A stretch of 35,375 bases of DNA. Source: an uncultured delta proteobacterium (GTDB taxonomy: Bacteria; Desulfobacterota; Binatia; Bin18). Of this stretch, positions 9,390 to 18,211 are shown piece by piece. The position numbers were made by a program, and so were the translations under genes. Within the stretch, counting starts at the first letter, position 1. Each line of letters starts with the position of its first letter. The DNA is taken from contig CAVTCR010000075.1 of NCBI GenBank assembly GCA_963733195.1, positions 1 to 35,375 on the forward strand. The letters run 5' to 3'. The notes beneath the pieces are model-generated. The model was not told the origin of the DNA. It was given only the letters and a program-made list of their open reading frames with translations, and did not search any database.

Positions 9390-9532
9390 CTGAACTCTCC
9401 TTTGATTGCTTTGGTTGAGTATTCCAGGAACTGACCAAGGACTCCTCTCAACATGACGTCTAACTAGTGAGTCTACTGCTACCCTGTTGGCGGGATATCT
9501 CCACCAGCAATTTGCCCTAAATTCTGCTCTCC

Positions 9533-9934
9533 CTAAATAGGTCGGTGCTGTGTCCCAGCACCACGAGTGATAAACAGTAGATCACTCGGAGTGTGAACAA
9601 TCGCGCGATGCCATACACCACGGGGGATAATACCGGCGGCTCGGCTACGCAACTCGATACGTCGTTCGTCGGTTCCTTCTTGCAAGACCACATCGATCGC
9701 CCCCGAAAGCAGGTAGACAAACTCATCACCCGCGGGATGCATCTCCCAGTTCACCCATTCGTCAGTGCTCTGGATATGAAAGAGTGTGACCAGTCGGCCA
9801 CCGTGAAGCTCAGTCCGTTTGTCGATCGTTGCCCAGAAATCGGTTCCCACTTCCACGGGTGTTGCCGCAGGTCCATCCTCAAGATGGACATAGGTATTGA
9901 TGAGATCGAATGTGGGCCGTACTGGGGCAGACAT
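9533..9934 (-). CDS. Cupin domain protein
   Basis: WEMHPAGDEFVYLLSG..IPRGVWH..GAGTQHRP; GGAGG RBS before MSAPV at 9934. Confidence 0.88.
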   Translation of the reverse strand: MSAPVRPTFDLINTYVHLEDGPAATPVEVGTDFWATIDKRTELHGGRLVTLFHIQSTDEWVNWEMHPAGDEFVYLLSGAIDVVLQEGTDERRIELRSRAAGIIPRGVWHRAIVHTPSDLLFITRGAGTQHRPI

Positions 9935-10035
9935 AAGTTCCTCCTCCAAGACCAGAGATTGTAGAAACAATGTAGGCGAGACACCGACAAAAGCCTTTGC
10001 CTCAATCAGGTTCAAGATGTTGGCACACCAGAGTT

Positions 10036-10176
10036 GTCACCCTGAAACCCTTCGACGAGACTCAGGGTAAACCCTGTTCAGCCTGAGCGTAATGAAGCGA
10101 AGTCGAAGGCCAGGAAACGTGCCTCAATCACACTCTTCGACTTCGCCGCTAACGCAGCTACGCTCAGAGCAAACGG
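10036..10176. repeat. Compound REP/BIME-like palindromic element
   Basis: GTCACCCTGA..CCCTTCGAC..TCAGGGTAA followed by the inverted pair CTGAGCGTA..GCGAAGTCGAAG / CTTCGACTTCGC..TACGCTCAG; shares CCCTTCGAC..CTCAGG with the copy at about 26418. Confidence 0.65.
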
Positions 10177-10258
10177 CTTGAGTCTTCTCACCTTGTGGCA
10201 TGCTGTACCAATATCATCGTGTTTTGATTTAGTTTAGAAACAGGTGCAATAAGGCTCA

Positions 10259-10693
10259 TTACTTCATCGCCGCTTGCGCACGCTTTGCCAGTTCCTCTGG
10301 GGATAGGTCTTCCTTGTGCGTTGCGATCCACCACTGGTTGCCGGATGGGTCCTTCACACCTGCGCTGCGGTCGCCGTAGAACTGATCCGTCGGCTCCATC
10401 GTCGAGGTCGCGCCGGCCTGCAGTGCACGTTTGTAGGTCGCATCTACGTCGTTCACATACAGGTACATCGCCCCTGACATTGGTTGTTGTTTGTCGTGTG
10501 CATCGCCCATCATCACAATCGAGTCACCGATCCTGACTTCGGCATGCCCGATCGTTCCACCTGGCGCAGCCAATCGTTCGATCTCTTGCGCATCAAAAGC
10601 CTGCTTCAGAAAGTCAATCAATTTGCCCGCTCCCTGAACTACCAGATACGGGGTGATGGAATGATAGCCATCGGGAATTGGTTTAACTGCCAT
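10259..10693 (-). CDS. VOC-family (PhnB-like glyoxalase/bleomycin resistance) protein
   Basis: VKPIPDGYHSITPYL..GHAEVRIGDS..DQFYGDRSAGVKDPSGNQWWIAT. Confidence 0.93.
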   Translation of the reverse strand: MAVKPIPDGYHSITPYLVVQGAGKLIDFLKQAFDAQEIERLAAPGGTIGHAEVRIGDSIVMMGDAHDKQQPMSGAMYLYVNDVDATYKRALQAGATSTMEPTDQFYGDRSAGVKDPSGNQWWIATHKEDLSPEELAKRAQAAMK

Positions 10694-10705
10694 AATGATT
10701 CCTCC

Positions 10706-10810
10706 TTATTGTTTATTGGCTAACTCAGCATCCCAGAACGCCACGGCACGAGCAAAATCAGTCGTACCAATAGAAACATGCGAGAGCATGCTAGGGTTGT
10801 CATCAGCCAT
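10706..10810 (-). pseudogene. Truncated VOC/glyoxalase gene (34 codons)
   Basis: GGAGG RBS, then MADDNPSMLSHVSIGTTDFARAVAFWDAELANKQ*: first beta-alpha unit of a VOC protein only. Confidence 0.65.
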
Positions 10811-10870
10811 TCGTCAGCCCTCCTTACAAAGAATGCAGTCATTACACGACCACAGCGACAGGACTCGCTA

Positions 10871-10923
10871 GCCCGCTGAAGAAGCGGCGGATCGATAAAG
10901 AGCCGTTCGATTCCTCAGCGGGC
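10871..10923. repeat. Inverted repeat / hairpin between GFA and the VOC remnant
   Basis: GCCCGCTGAAGAA and TTCCTCAGCGGGC, 12/13 complementary. Confidence 0.45.
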
Positions 10924-10952
10924 CAGTCGGAGCGAGGGACGGACGAACTCAG

Positions 10953-11363
10953 TTACATGGGGGGCATCTTGGGGAACTTTGCCAGCTCAGGATTCATGAA
11001 GTCCCACGGCTGGGCACTTGAGGTATAGATATCAAAGGCTGGTCTATACCAGCTCGGGTCGTCTAAACTCCCTGCACTGATCCCAACAAACGGGACACCG
11101 GAAGGAAAACCGAACAAGCGAGATCCACAGTTGGCGCAAAATCCACGCCTGATCGGATTGCCACTATCACCTGTTACTTCGTGATATTTCACCTCGCCAG
11201 TGATCTTGAGCGCCTCCTTCGGCGCTGCGACGATCGACACAAATGGACCCCCACTCGCTCGTTGACAATCGCGGCAGTGGCAATTGCCCATCATAAGAGG
11301 CTCTGCTGAACACTCGTAACGGACGGCACCGCAGGCACAACCACCAGTAAACGGAGCAGCCAT
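10953..11363 (-). CDS. GFA (CENP-V/glutathione-dependent formaldehyde-activating) family protein
   Basis: GGCACGAVRY..CHCRDCQR..FCANCGS. Confidence 0.93.
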   Translation of the reverse strand: MAAPFTGGCACGAVRYECSAEPLMMGNCHCRDCQRASGGPFVSIVAAPKEALKITGEVKYHEVTGDSGNPIRRGFCANCGSRLFGFPSGVPFVGISAGSLDDPSWYRPAFDIYTSSAQPWDFMNPELAKFPKMPPM

Positions 11364-11392
11364 AGTTCACCTCCTGTAGTGAATTGCTTTCC

Positions 11393-11422
11393 TTGACATA
11401 CTGTATTTATCTACAGTATGAT
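11393..11422 (+). promoter_or_regulatory. sigma70 promoter of lexA with an SOS-type operator between -35 and -10
   Basis: TTGACA 11393-11398, 18 bp, TATGAT 11417-11422; CTGT-ATTTATCT-ACAG at 11401-11416 within the palindrome CATACTGTA-N6-TACAGTATG. Confidence 0.8.
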
Positions 11423-11428
11423 ACAGTT

Positions 11429-12055
11429 GTGTCAAGTATACCTCTCACCGACCGTCAAGAACGATTGTTACGAATCATTGAAACTTCTGTGACAAAGCGT
11501 GGTTACGTGCCCACGCTGCAAGAAATGGCTCAGGCCATGGACATAGCCTCACTACAAGGGGTCAAAGATCACCTCTCTGCCTTGGAGCGAAAAGGCTATT
11601 TGCGACGTACGCCTGGCCGGCGTCGCGCGATTGAAGTGATTCAACCAATCGTGCCGATCGCAGGAAGTATTCCCATTCTCGGACGGGTCGCCGCTGGACG
11701 GCCGTTACTCGCAGTTGAAAATCGCGAAGGCGCCTTAAGTCTGGATAACTCCCTGTTAGGTCATGGCGCGCACTTCGCTCTCCGTGTGCAAGGCAACAGT
11801 ATGATCGATGCCGGAATTCAGGAGGGGGATTACGTGATTGTTCGACAGCAGGACGCCGCCAATACCGGAGATATCGTCGTCGCCCTCTTAGGAGAAGAAG
11901 TCACCGTCAAGCGGCTGCGGAAGAAGGGGAGTGCGTTATTTCTCGAAGCAGCCAATCCAGCGTACGAGCCGATTCCATTAACCGGGGCTTCTCCGGCTCC
12001 TCGAATCTTGGGGATTGTCGTCGGACAGTATCGCACGCTGAGGCAGAAACGGTGA
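11429..12055 (+). CDS. lexA: LexA repressor
   Basis: LTDRQ..GYVPTLQEMA..HLSALERKGYL wHTH; VAAGRP Ala-Gly cleavage site; catalytic Ser (GNSM) and Lys (VTVKR); likely GTG start at 11429. Confidence 0.92.
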   Translation: MSSIPLTDRQERLLRIIETSVTKRGYVPTLQEMAQAMDIASLQGVKDHLSALERKGYLRRTPGRRRAIEVIQPIVPIAGSIPILGRVAAGRPLLAVENREGALSLDNSLLGHGAHFALRVQGNSMIDAGIQEGDYVIVRQQDAANTGDIVVALLGEEVTVKRLRKKGSALFLEAANPAYEPIPLTGASPAPRILGIVVGQYRTLRQKR

Positions 12056-12120
12056 CGTGCACTTCAGGAAATCGTCGGTAGTAATAATGTTCGGCACTCG
12101 GTATGCAACACGGTCATGGG

Positions 12121-12147
12121 TTCCCTCTCCCTTGATAGGAGAGGGAA
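12121..12147. repeat. Perfect 10-bp hairpin between convergent genes (REP-like or terminator)
   Basis: TTCCCTCTCC-CTTGATA-GGAGAGGGAA; no clear downstream U-tract. Confidence 0.5.
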
Positions 12148-12179
12148 AAACCGGTCGCTGCTTGCTCAAAGCTGACCGC

Positions 12180-13085
12180 TTATCGCTGATGATACAGCGG
12201 ATGCCCACGGAATGTTGTACGGACACGACTGAAGTAGTCTCCTTCGAGATTCGCCAAGAAGAGGTCTTGCATCCCTGGGCCACCGAACGCACAGTTAGTT
12301 GGGAAGATCGTCTTGGTTCCTGACGGATCGTCGATCAGTTCCGACCATTTTCCGTTGGTATCAACCTTGATGACCTTGTTAGCCGGTGTCATCCCATCTT
12401 TGGTAACAAAGGCCGGGAGCGTGATGTAGAGGTTGCGGTCGACATCGAACGCCATGCCATCGGGCAACGCGGGAAAGTCTTTTGAGTAGACTTCCGGCTT
12501 GCCGAACGTTCCGTCTTTCTTGATCTGAATCCGCAGACAATCGTTGCGGGTACTTTGCAGCACGTATACCGCGTCTTCTTTCGGATCGATCGCCGTTCCG
12601 TTCGCTAAATAGAGCCCGGTCGCCACCACGTCGCCACGACCATCAGGCCGGATGCGTACGAGCGCTCCCTTTGGAGAAGGAGTGGTAATTTCTCCCAACA
12701 CTTTGCTGATGTCTTCAGTGCTGGAATTAGAAACGTAGAGATTCCCTTCCGCGTCATAGCTACAGAAGTTGGGCAGCGTTAATTTTACGTCTCCCGCTCG
12801 ATCCGCGATCATCGACACTTTGCCATCGGATGCACATTTCATCACGGCTTGTTTGCCAAGATCGCAATAGACGAAATTGCCGGCACGATCGAGCGCAACC
12901 CCGTTGGGAACCGACCCCTCAGGTAATTGACAGACCTCATGCACCTTCCCGTCTGGGCTGACTTTGTACACTTTGCCGTTCCTTCCTCCACCCCACGCAT
13001 TACCCTCCTTGTCGATGACCACGCCTTCGGCTTTTTCCACTCCCTTGCCGAAGACTTCGATTTTTTCCGTTGCGATAGTTGCCAT
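12180..13085 (-). CDS. SMP-30/gluconolactonase/LRE-family beta-propeller
   Basis: AEG..PNG..PNF..ANG..PDGMAFD..PTNCAFGG motifs. Confidence 0.9.
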   Translation of the reverse strand: MATIATEKIEVFGKGVEKAEGVVIDKEGNAWGGGRNGKVYKVSPDGKVHEVCQLPEGSVPNGVALDRAGNFVYCDLGKQAVMKCASDGKVSMIADRAGDVKLTLPNFCSYDAEGNLYVSNSSTEDISKVLGEITTPSPKGALVRIRPDGRGDVVATGLYLANGTAIDPKEDAVYVLQSTRNDCLRIQIKKDGTFGKPEVYSKDFPALPDGMAFDVDRNLYITLPAFVTKDGMTPANKVIKVDTNGKWSELIDDPSGTKTIFPTNCAFGGPGMQDLFLANLEGDYFSRVRTTFRGHPLYHQR

Positions 13086-13247
13086 TAGTGTTTCCTCCTT
13101 TGCTCACAGTAAAAGTGACGTGTCTTTTTTATGTCAATCCTTCAAGAAGCACAAGGCGATTGCCGACACTCTGGATAACTGCATTTCATCGGACTGCAAG
13201 CGTATCCAGGATCGCGAGTCGCGTTCCGCAATTTGCACATGAAGGCA

Positions 13248-14042
13248 CTATGAGCCATACGGCGTATTACTCGCTTTACTCGCCACCCGGGGCATAGTTT
13301 CCACCCCCTGGAGGTGGTCGCGGAATACGCAGAGCGTCTTAGAGCGCGGCGCACGGAGAAGTTCGGCCAGCACTCCAGACTCTTCCACACGTCCGTTTTC
13401 CAGGACGAGTGCGGCACGGCAGAGCAGAAGGGCATCTCTGGGATCGTGAGTGACTAATACGACCGTGAACTGTCGTTCCACGGCGAGGAGGTCAATTTCT
13501 TGGAGGAGTTTCGTCTTCGTGGTGAGATCGAGTCCTGAGAACGGTTCATCAAGCAATAGGAATGCTGGCCTGACGGCGAGCGCTCTCGCCAAAGCAACTC
13601 GCTGTTGCTCGCCACCTGAGAGTTTTTCTGGTTTACGCTCCGCCAGAGACTCGACCGCGCAGCGAGCAAGTGCTTCACGCGCTCGTGCTCGACTTTCCTG
13701 TTTGGGTAATCTTGCGCCTGCAAGTCCAAGCAGGACATTGTCCATGACAGACAGATTCGGCCATAAGGCCAAGTCTTGGAAGACCATGGCTACCTCGCGG
13801 AGGTGAGGTGGTCTGACGACCGCGTTTGGTTGAGAGACGACCCGCTCATCCAACAACACCTGACCGGCAGATGGGGCCTCAAGGCCGGCGAGTAAACGCA
13901 GAACCGTGGACTTCCCGCAGCCAGACGGACCAAGAATCGCGGTATGTTCTCCAGCAGCGATGGTAAACGACACTGCAGAGAAGATAACCCGCTGGCCATA
14001 CGATTTGCAAACCGAGCGAAATTCACAACTAGTGTTCTTCAT
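13248..14042 (-). CDS. ABC transporter ATP-binding protein (FbpC/PotA-like)
   Basis: Walker A GPSGCGKS, FQDLALWP, LSGGEQQRVALARAL, LLDEPF, VTHD; start MKNTS at 14042. Confidence 0.9.
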   Translation of the reverse strand: MKNTSCEFRSVCKSYGQRVIFSAVSFTIAAGEHTAILGPSGCGKSTVLRLLAGLEAPSAGQVLLDERVVSQPNAVVRPPHLREVAMVFQDLALWPNLSVMDNVLLGLAGARLPKQESRARAREALARCAVESLAERKPEKLSGGEQQRVALARALAVRPAFLLLDEPFSGLDLTTKTKLLQEIDLLAVERQFTVVLVTHDPRDALLLCRAALVLENGRVEESGVLAELLRAPRSKTLCVFRDHLQGVETMPRVASKASNTPYGS

Positions 14043-14047
14043 ACCTT

Positions 14048-15622
14048 CTACCTGTCGGCCAGGAGTAGCAAAGTTCCTAAGAGCCCTGCTGCCACTGCAA
14101 CATAGGTGAGGCACAAGGATGCCACGAGTGTTTCCGGAGCGTTGGCCATCACGGTAAAAATGGTGAGCGGCAGTGAACTGGCACCAGGTGGGTGAAGGAG
14201 CAGCACGGTGCTGACATCGGCGGTCGCAAGAAGCGCAACGAGCAACAGAGCAATCGTCAAGGTCGGGAGCAAAACTGGAAGCACAACCCGCAGAAGGTAG
14301 GTTGTGAGCGAAAGGCCGTGTACTGCGGCGGCAAAAGTCCAGGCAGCCGAAGTCGATCCCCAGGCACGCATCCCCAACACGGCGGCGACCGGAAAGAAGC
14401 GGAGACCAAGCGCGGCGCATACTGTAAAACGACTTCGAAGAAGTGGGTCCGCCCAGGCGGGGGCTGCTGTGGCAAGTTGGACAAGCCCCAAGGCGGTTAA
14501 CGCCGGCGGTAAAGAGAACAACGTCAGCAGCAGGCCGATACAGAGAGTCCGAAGCCGAGTGTTGCGACCAGCGCACAGTGCCAACAGTAAGCCGAGCAGA
14601 GTTGCTAGACTTCCCGCCCCTGCGGCATATAAGAGCGTATCACCAGCAGTGCGATACACATCTTCCCATGCTCGAAGGGAAACACCACCCCGTGCGAGAG
14701 GGAGCGTCAGGCCCGCAAGCGGCGCCAGCAGGCTAACGAAGACGACGATTGTAAGAGCCGCCGCGGTCACACTTGCCATTCCCTGATGCCTGAGGCGTTG
14801 TGCAACGCGAGACTGTCGAACCAGTATTGCACTGGAGATCCGGGGAGCCATGAAAAACGCCCCTGGCGTCGCAACGACAAGCACCAGCATCGCTAACGCT
14901 CCGCATTGTCGTCCGGCGAGAGGAAAGTCATAAAGGGCAGAGAAACTCGTCAACATTTCTGCCGCCGCAGTTCGCAGTCCAAAAATCTGACCAGGACCGG
15001 GATCCGCAAGCGTCACCACGCCGCCAAGACCGGCGGTCAAAAGCGCGAGAGTGGAGACGTGGCGACAAACGTAGAAAATCACCGCCTTTTCTCCTCCGGC
15101 AAGACGAGCGGCCTCCACTTGTGAGCTTGATAACGAAAGGGCAGCGGCATACGACATCAACAAAACAAGTGGAACAACGCCGAGAGAGAAGACAAGAAAA
15201 CAGCCGGTGAAGCCTGTGAGTGTGTAGGAGGCAGGAAAACCAAGATAAGTGACTAAGACGGACCACCCAATCGCCCACAGAAACGATGGCACGAGTAGCG
15301 GCAATGTTACTAATACAAGAAGGACCCGCCGTCCCGGAAATTCATAGAGAGCCGCCAACACGCCTGTGGGCAAGCCCACAAGAAACGAGGTGACCACGAC
15401 GAAGAGCGCCATCACTGCGCTCGTTTGCAGCGCAGCGACAAACGCGGTGTCGGTAAGCAGCGCCCCTGCGGCTATCGACTGCAGAGCGCTCCATAAGAGA
15501 GGTGTAGCGGGCAGTATGGCGACGAGGAAAAGCGCGACGATGCCGAGAATACGCCATACGCCCGGACGTTCCAGGAATAGACAAGAGATCATCGATGTCA
15601 CTGCACAAGTGAAGCCGCTCAC
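14048..15622 (-). CDS. ABC transporter permease (FbpB-like, two BPD domains)
   Basis: Multi-pass membrane protein; EAARLAGG loop; LPLLVPSFLWA; PPGASSLPLTIF. Confidence 0.85.
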   Translation of the reverse strand: MSGFTCAVTSMISCLFLERPGVWRILGIVALFLVAILPATPLLWSALQSIAAGALLTDTAFVAALQTSAVMALFVVVTSFLVGLPTGVLAALYEFPGRRVLLVLVTLPLLVPSFLWAIGWSVLVTYLGFPASYTLTGFTGCFLVFSLGVVPLVLLMSYAAALSLSSSQVEAARLAGGEKAVIFYVCRHVSTLALLTAGLGGVVTLADPGPGQIFGLRTAAAEMLTSFSALYDFPLAGRQCGALAMLVLVVATPGAFFMAPRISSAILVRQSRVAQRLRHQGMASVTAAALTIVVFVSLLAPLAGLTLPLARGGVSLRAWEDVYRTAGDTLLYAAGAGSLATLLGLLLALCAGRNTRLRTLCIGLLLTLFSLPPALTALGLVQLATAAPAWADPLLRSRFTVCAALGLRFFPVAAVLGMRAWGSTSAAWTFAAAVHGLSLTTYLLRVVLPVLLPTLTIALLLVALLATADVSTVLLLHPPGASSLPLTIFTVMANAPETLVASLCLTYVAVAAGLLGTLLLLADR

Positions 15623-15625
15623 TAT

Positions 15626-17050
15626 CTACACTAGTGCCCATACGAGACCAAGCACGCCACCCGCAAGCACGACCCAGAGCACGTCCACTTTGAAACGGTA
15701 TAGCGCAAGGAACGCCAATACGCTCAAGGCCGCCGCAAACCAGTCGGGGCGACCCGCAAACCCCTGCGGCCAGATGACCGCCGCGCCGAAGACGAGCGCA
15801 AGGTTCAAAACTACACCGACCACCGCCGCGGTAATGCCAGAGAGCGCAGCCGTGAGGTTCTTGTTCCCGCGCAGCACTTCGATATACGGCGCGCCGAGAA
15901 AGATAAAGAAGAAACAGGGGAGGAATGTGGCATACGTGGTTACCAGCGCCGCAGTGACCGCGCTGGCTGTCTGACTCATGCCCTCTGGGTGGTTCCATCC
16001 TGCCATGAAGCCGATGAATTGTAACACCATAATCAGCGGCCCGGGTGTGGTCTCCGCCAACGCTAACCCATCCACTGCTTGTGTCTGTGTCAGCCAACCA
16101 TACGAGCCAACCGCCGCCTGAGTCACATACGCTAATACAGAGTAGGCACCGCCAAAGGTGACAAATGCCGCCAGAGTGAAGAAGCGATACGCTTTCGCGT
16201 GCAGACTCTCCCAGCCGAGCCAGGAGGTGAGGAGCGCCATCGGAACCAGCCACATGGCGAAACCAACGAGCAGCGTACGCCAGACCCGGCGTGGAGAAGG
16301 AAGCATATGCGCGAGCGGCGCCGCTTGATCGTCGATGACCGTCGAGGGTTTACCTGGAAAGGAGAGAGTCGCGGCGTAATTGCTCTTCTGCTGACCAATT
16401 CCTAATGCTCGTTCTCCACTTTCCGTTCCAAAAAGTTGCGGCCAGAGTCGTGTTCCCAAGAAGCCAAACACCCCGGCGGCAAGTACGATAAGAGGAAAGG
16501 GAACGTGAAGGACGTAAATCGCAACGAAAGCGGTGGCAGCAATGCTGAGGTGTACTCGGCGTTTCAGCGCGCGACCGCCAATCTTGAAGACGGCTTCGAC
16601 AATGATGGCGACGACAACTGGCTTCACCCCAGCCAGCGCCCCAGCAACAGCGGGAACATTACCGTAGGCGGCATAGGTGTAGGAAAGCGCTAACAGGACA
16701 AAAATGGAAGGAAAGACAAAAAAAGCACCCGCGACGATGCCGCCCCAGGTCTTATGCATCAGCCAACCGATATAAATGGCAAGCTGTTGCGCTTCTGGAC
16801 CAGGGAGTAACATGCAGTAATTAAGTGCATGGAGGAAACGATCCTCTGAAATCCAGCGGCGCCGTTCCACTAAATCTCGATGCATCAACGCGATTTGCCC
16901 CGCCGGCCCACCGAAGTTAATGAAGCCCAGTTTCAGCCAGTAGCGAAACGCCTCAAAAAAGGCCACCTGTCGCGGGGCGGCCAGAGCATTGCTCACCAAG
17001 GGACCAGACGCCTCACCTGGACATTGATGTAGACTCTGACTATGCGCCAC
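15626..17050 (-). CDS. chrA: Long-chain chromate efflux transporter (CHR family)
   Basis: [25 protein letters not shown]; second domain [19 protein letters not shown]. Confidence 0.95.
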   Translation of the reverse strand: MAHSQSLHQCPGEASGPLVSNALAAPRQVAFFEAFRYWLKLGFINFGGPAGQIALMHRDLVERRRWISEDRFLHALNYCMLLPGPEAQQLAIYIGWLMHKTWGGIVAGAFFVFPSIFVLLALSYTYAAYGNVPAVAGALAGVKPVVVAIIVEAVFKIGGRALKRRVHLSIAATAFVAIYVLHVPFPLIVLAAGVFGFLGTRLWPQLFGTESGERALGIGQQKSNYAATLSFPGKPSTVIDDQAAPLAHMLPSPRRVWRTLLVGFAMWLVPMALLTSWLGWESLHAKAYRFFTLAAFVTFGGAYSVLAYVTQAAVGSYGWLTQTQAVDGLALAETTPGPLIMVLQFIGFMAGWNHPEGMSQTASAVTAALVTTYATFLPCFFFIFLGAPYIEVLRGNKNLTAALSGITAAVVGVVLNLALVFGAAVIWPQGFAGRPDWFAAALSVLAFLALYRFKVDVLWVVLAGGVLGLVWALV

Positions 17051-17070
17051 TTATTTATCCTCTCCCCCGT

Positions 17071-18114
17071 TCAAGGTTGACGATCGACCCACTCTTTCAG
17101 ATACCCTTTGGACAACGTCTCCAAAAGGCCGGCGAGCGCGGCGTAGTTGACTGCCATCGGTTTCAGACTTTGCACCATTGCTACTTCTGGCGGCGCGGGT
17201 ACACCCGGCCTAAGCGGCATCTGCGCCGCTTCGCTCTCTGCGAGAGCTTTCTCGCTCTCCGGTTGTAGCAGGTAATCGATGAACTGGCGCGCTGTATCCG
17301 GGTGCGGACTCCCTGTAATCAGCATGACGCAGTTCGGGATGATCAGGGTCCCCATGCCGTCGGCGTCCGGATAGACAAGACCAACCGGCTTGCCTTCAAG
17401 TCGTGCAACATTCACATCGTCCGTGTCGGTAATCCCCACAGCAAACTCGCCTGCGGCCACCCGGCGACGCACTTCACCGTTTGACGACAACATCTTGCCT
17501 CCATTTGCGGTAAAGCCCGCAAAGAACGCTTGCGCCTTCTCTTCACCCAGGACAGCAAACAGCGCCGCCGCATGCATGGAGGTGGTGCCGAAGAGTGGAT
17601 TAGCGATGCACGTTTTCCCCTTGAAACGTGAGTCCAAGAGATCCATCACTGAGGTAGGCTCTTGTCCCTCTGGCACGAGATTGCGGTTGTAGATCAACAC
17701 GCGCGCCCGCGCAGAGAAGCCCGTCCAATGTCCGTCAGGATCGGAGAATTGTTTGGGCAGTCCTTCAGCGTACGGTGACCGGTACGGCGCGGATACGCCT
17801 TTCGCTTTGAGAATAGCGGTGCGGACGGGATCGCCGCTCCAGAAGACATCGGCTTGCGGTCGTTCCTTTTCCGCGATGAGGCGGTTCAGTAATCCGGTGC
17901 TTTTGGTCTCCTCAGTATCCGGTACAAGCTGAACGATGACACCCGTCTCCCGCTCAAAGCGTTGCGCAATCGGTCGGGCAAAGACATCATCCACAGATGT
18001 GTAAACGACAACTTCCGGGATTGTCCTCCGGTCGCAGGCCCAGAGACCCGCCACCAAAAGGACGACGAGGCACTTGCCAATAATCTGTTTTATTACACGT
18101 GTCCAAACATCCAT
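17071..18114 (-). CDS. ABC transporter substrate-binding lipoprotein (FbpA/AfuA-like)
   Basis: Lipobox-like GLWAC; VVVYTSVD..PQADVFWS..ANPLFGTT..TDTDD. Confidence 0.88.
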   Translation of the reverse strand: MDVWTRVIKQIIGKCLVVLLVAGLWACDRRTIPEVVVYTSVDDVFARPIAQRFERETGVIVQLVPDTEETKSTGLLNRLIAEKERPQADVFWSGDPVRTAILKAKGVSAPYRSPYAEGLPKQFSDPDGHWTGFSARARVLIYNRNLVPEGQEPTSVMDLLDSRFKGKTCIANPLFGTTSMHAAALFAVLGEEKAQAFFAGFTANGGKMLSSNGEVRRRVAAGEFAVGITDTDDVNVARLEGKPVGLVYPDADGMGTLIIPNCVMLITGSPHPDTARQFIDYLLQPESEKALAESEAAQMPLRPGVPAPPEVAMVQSLKPMAVNYAALAGLLETLSKGYLKEWVDRQP

Positions 18115-18211
18115 GATTCATTTCTCCATTAAACTGAGATGGGCAAGAGAGCCTGCTGTGCAGAGGGCGAAAAAGGAGAAGGCAACTGAAGTCATGGTGC
18201 TGTCACAAGCG

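Noticed and set aside
10036-10176. CRISPR array or tRNA
   Set aside because: Inverted palindromes only; no regularly spaced direct repeats, cloverleaf or cas genes
7800-12100. Complete integron
   Set aside because: No tyrosine recombinase in the window and only one full attC
14043-14576. Long N-terminal extension of the ABC ATPase in the ORF track
   Set aside because: Overlaps the permease in another frame; the real start is at 14042
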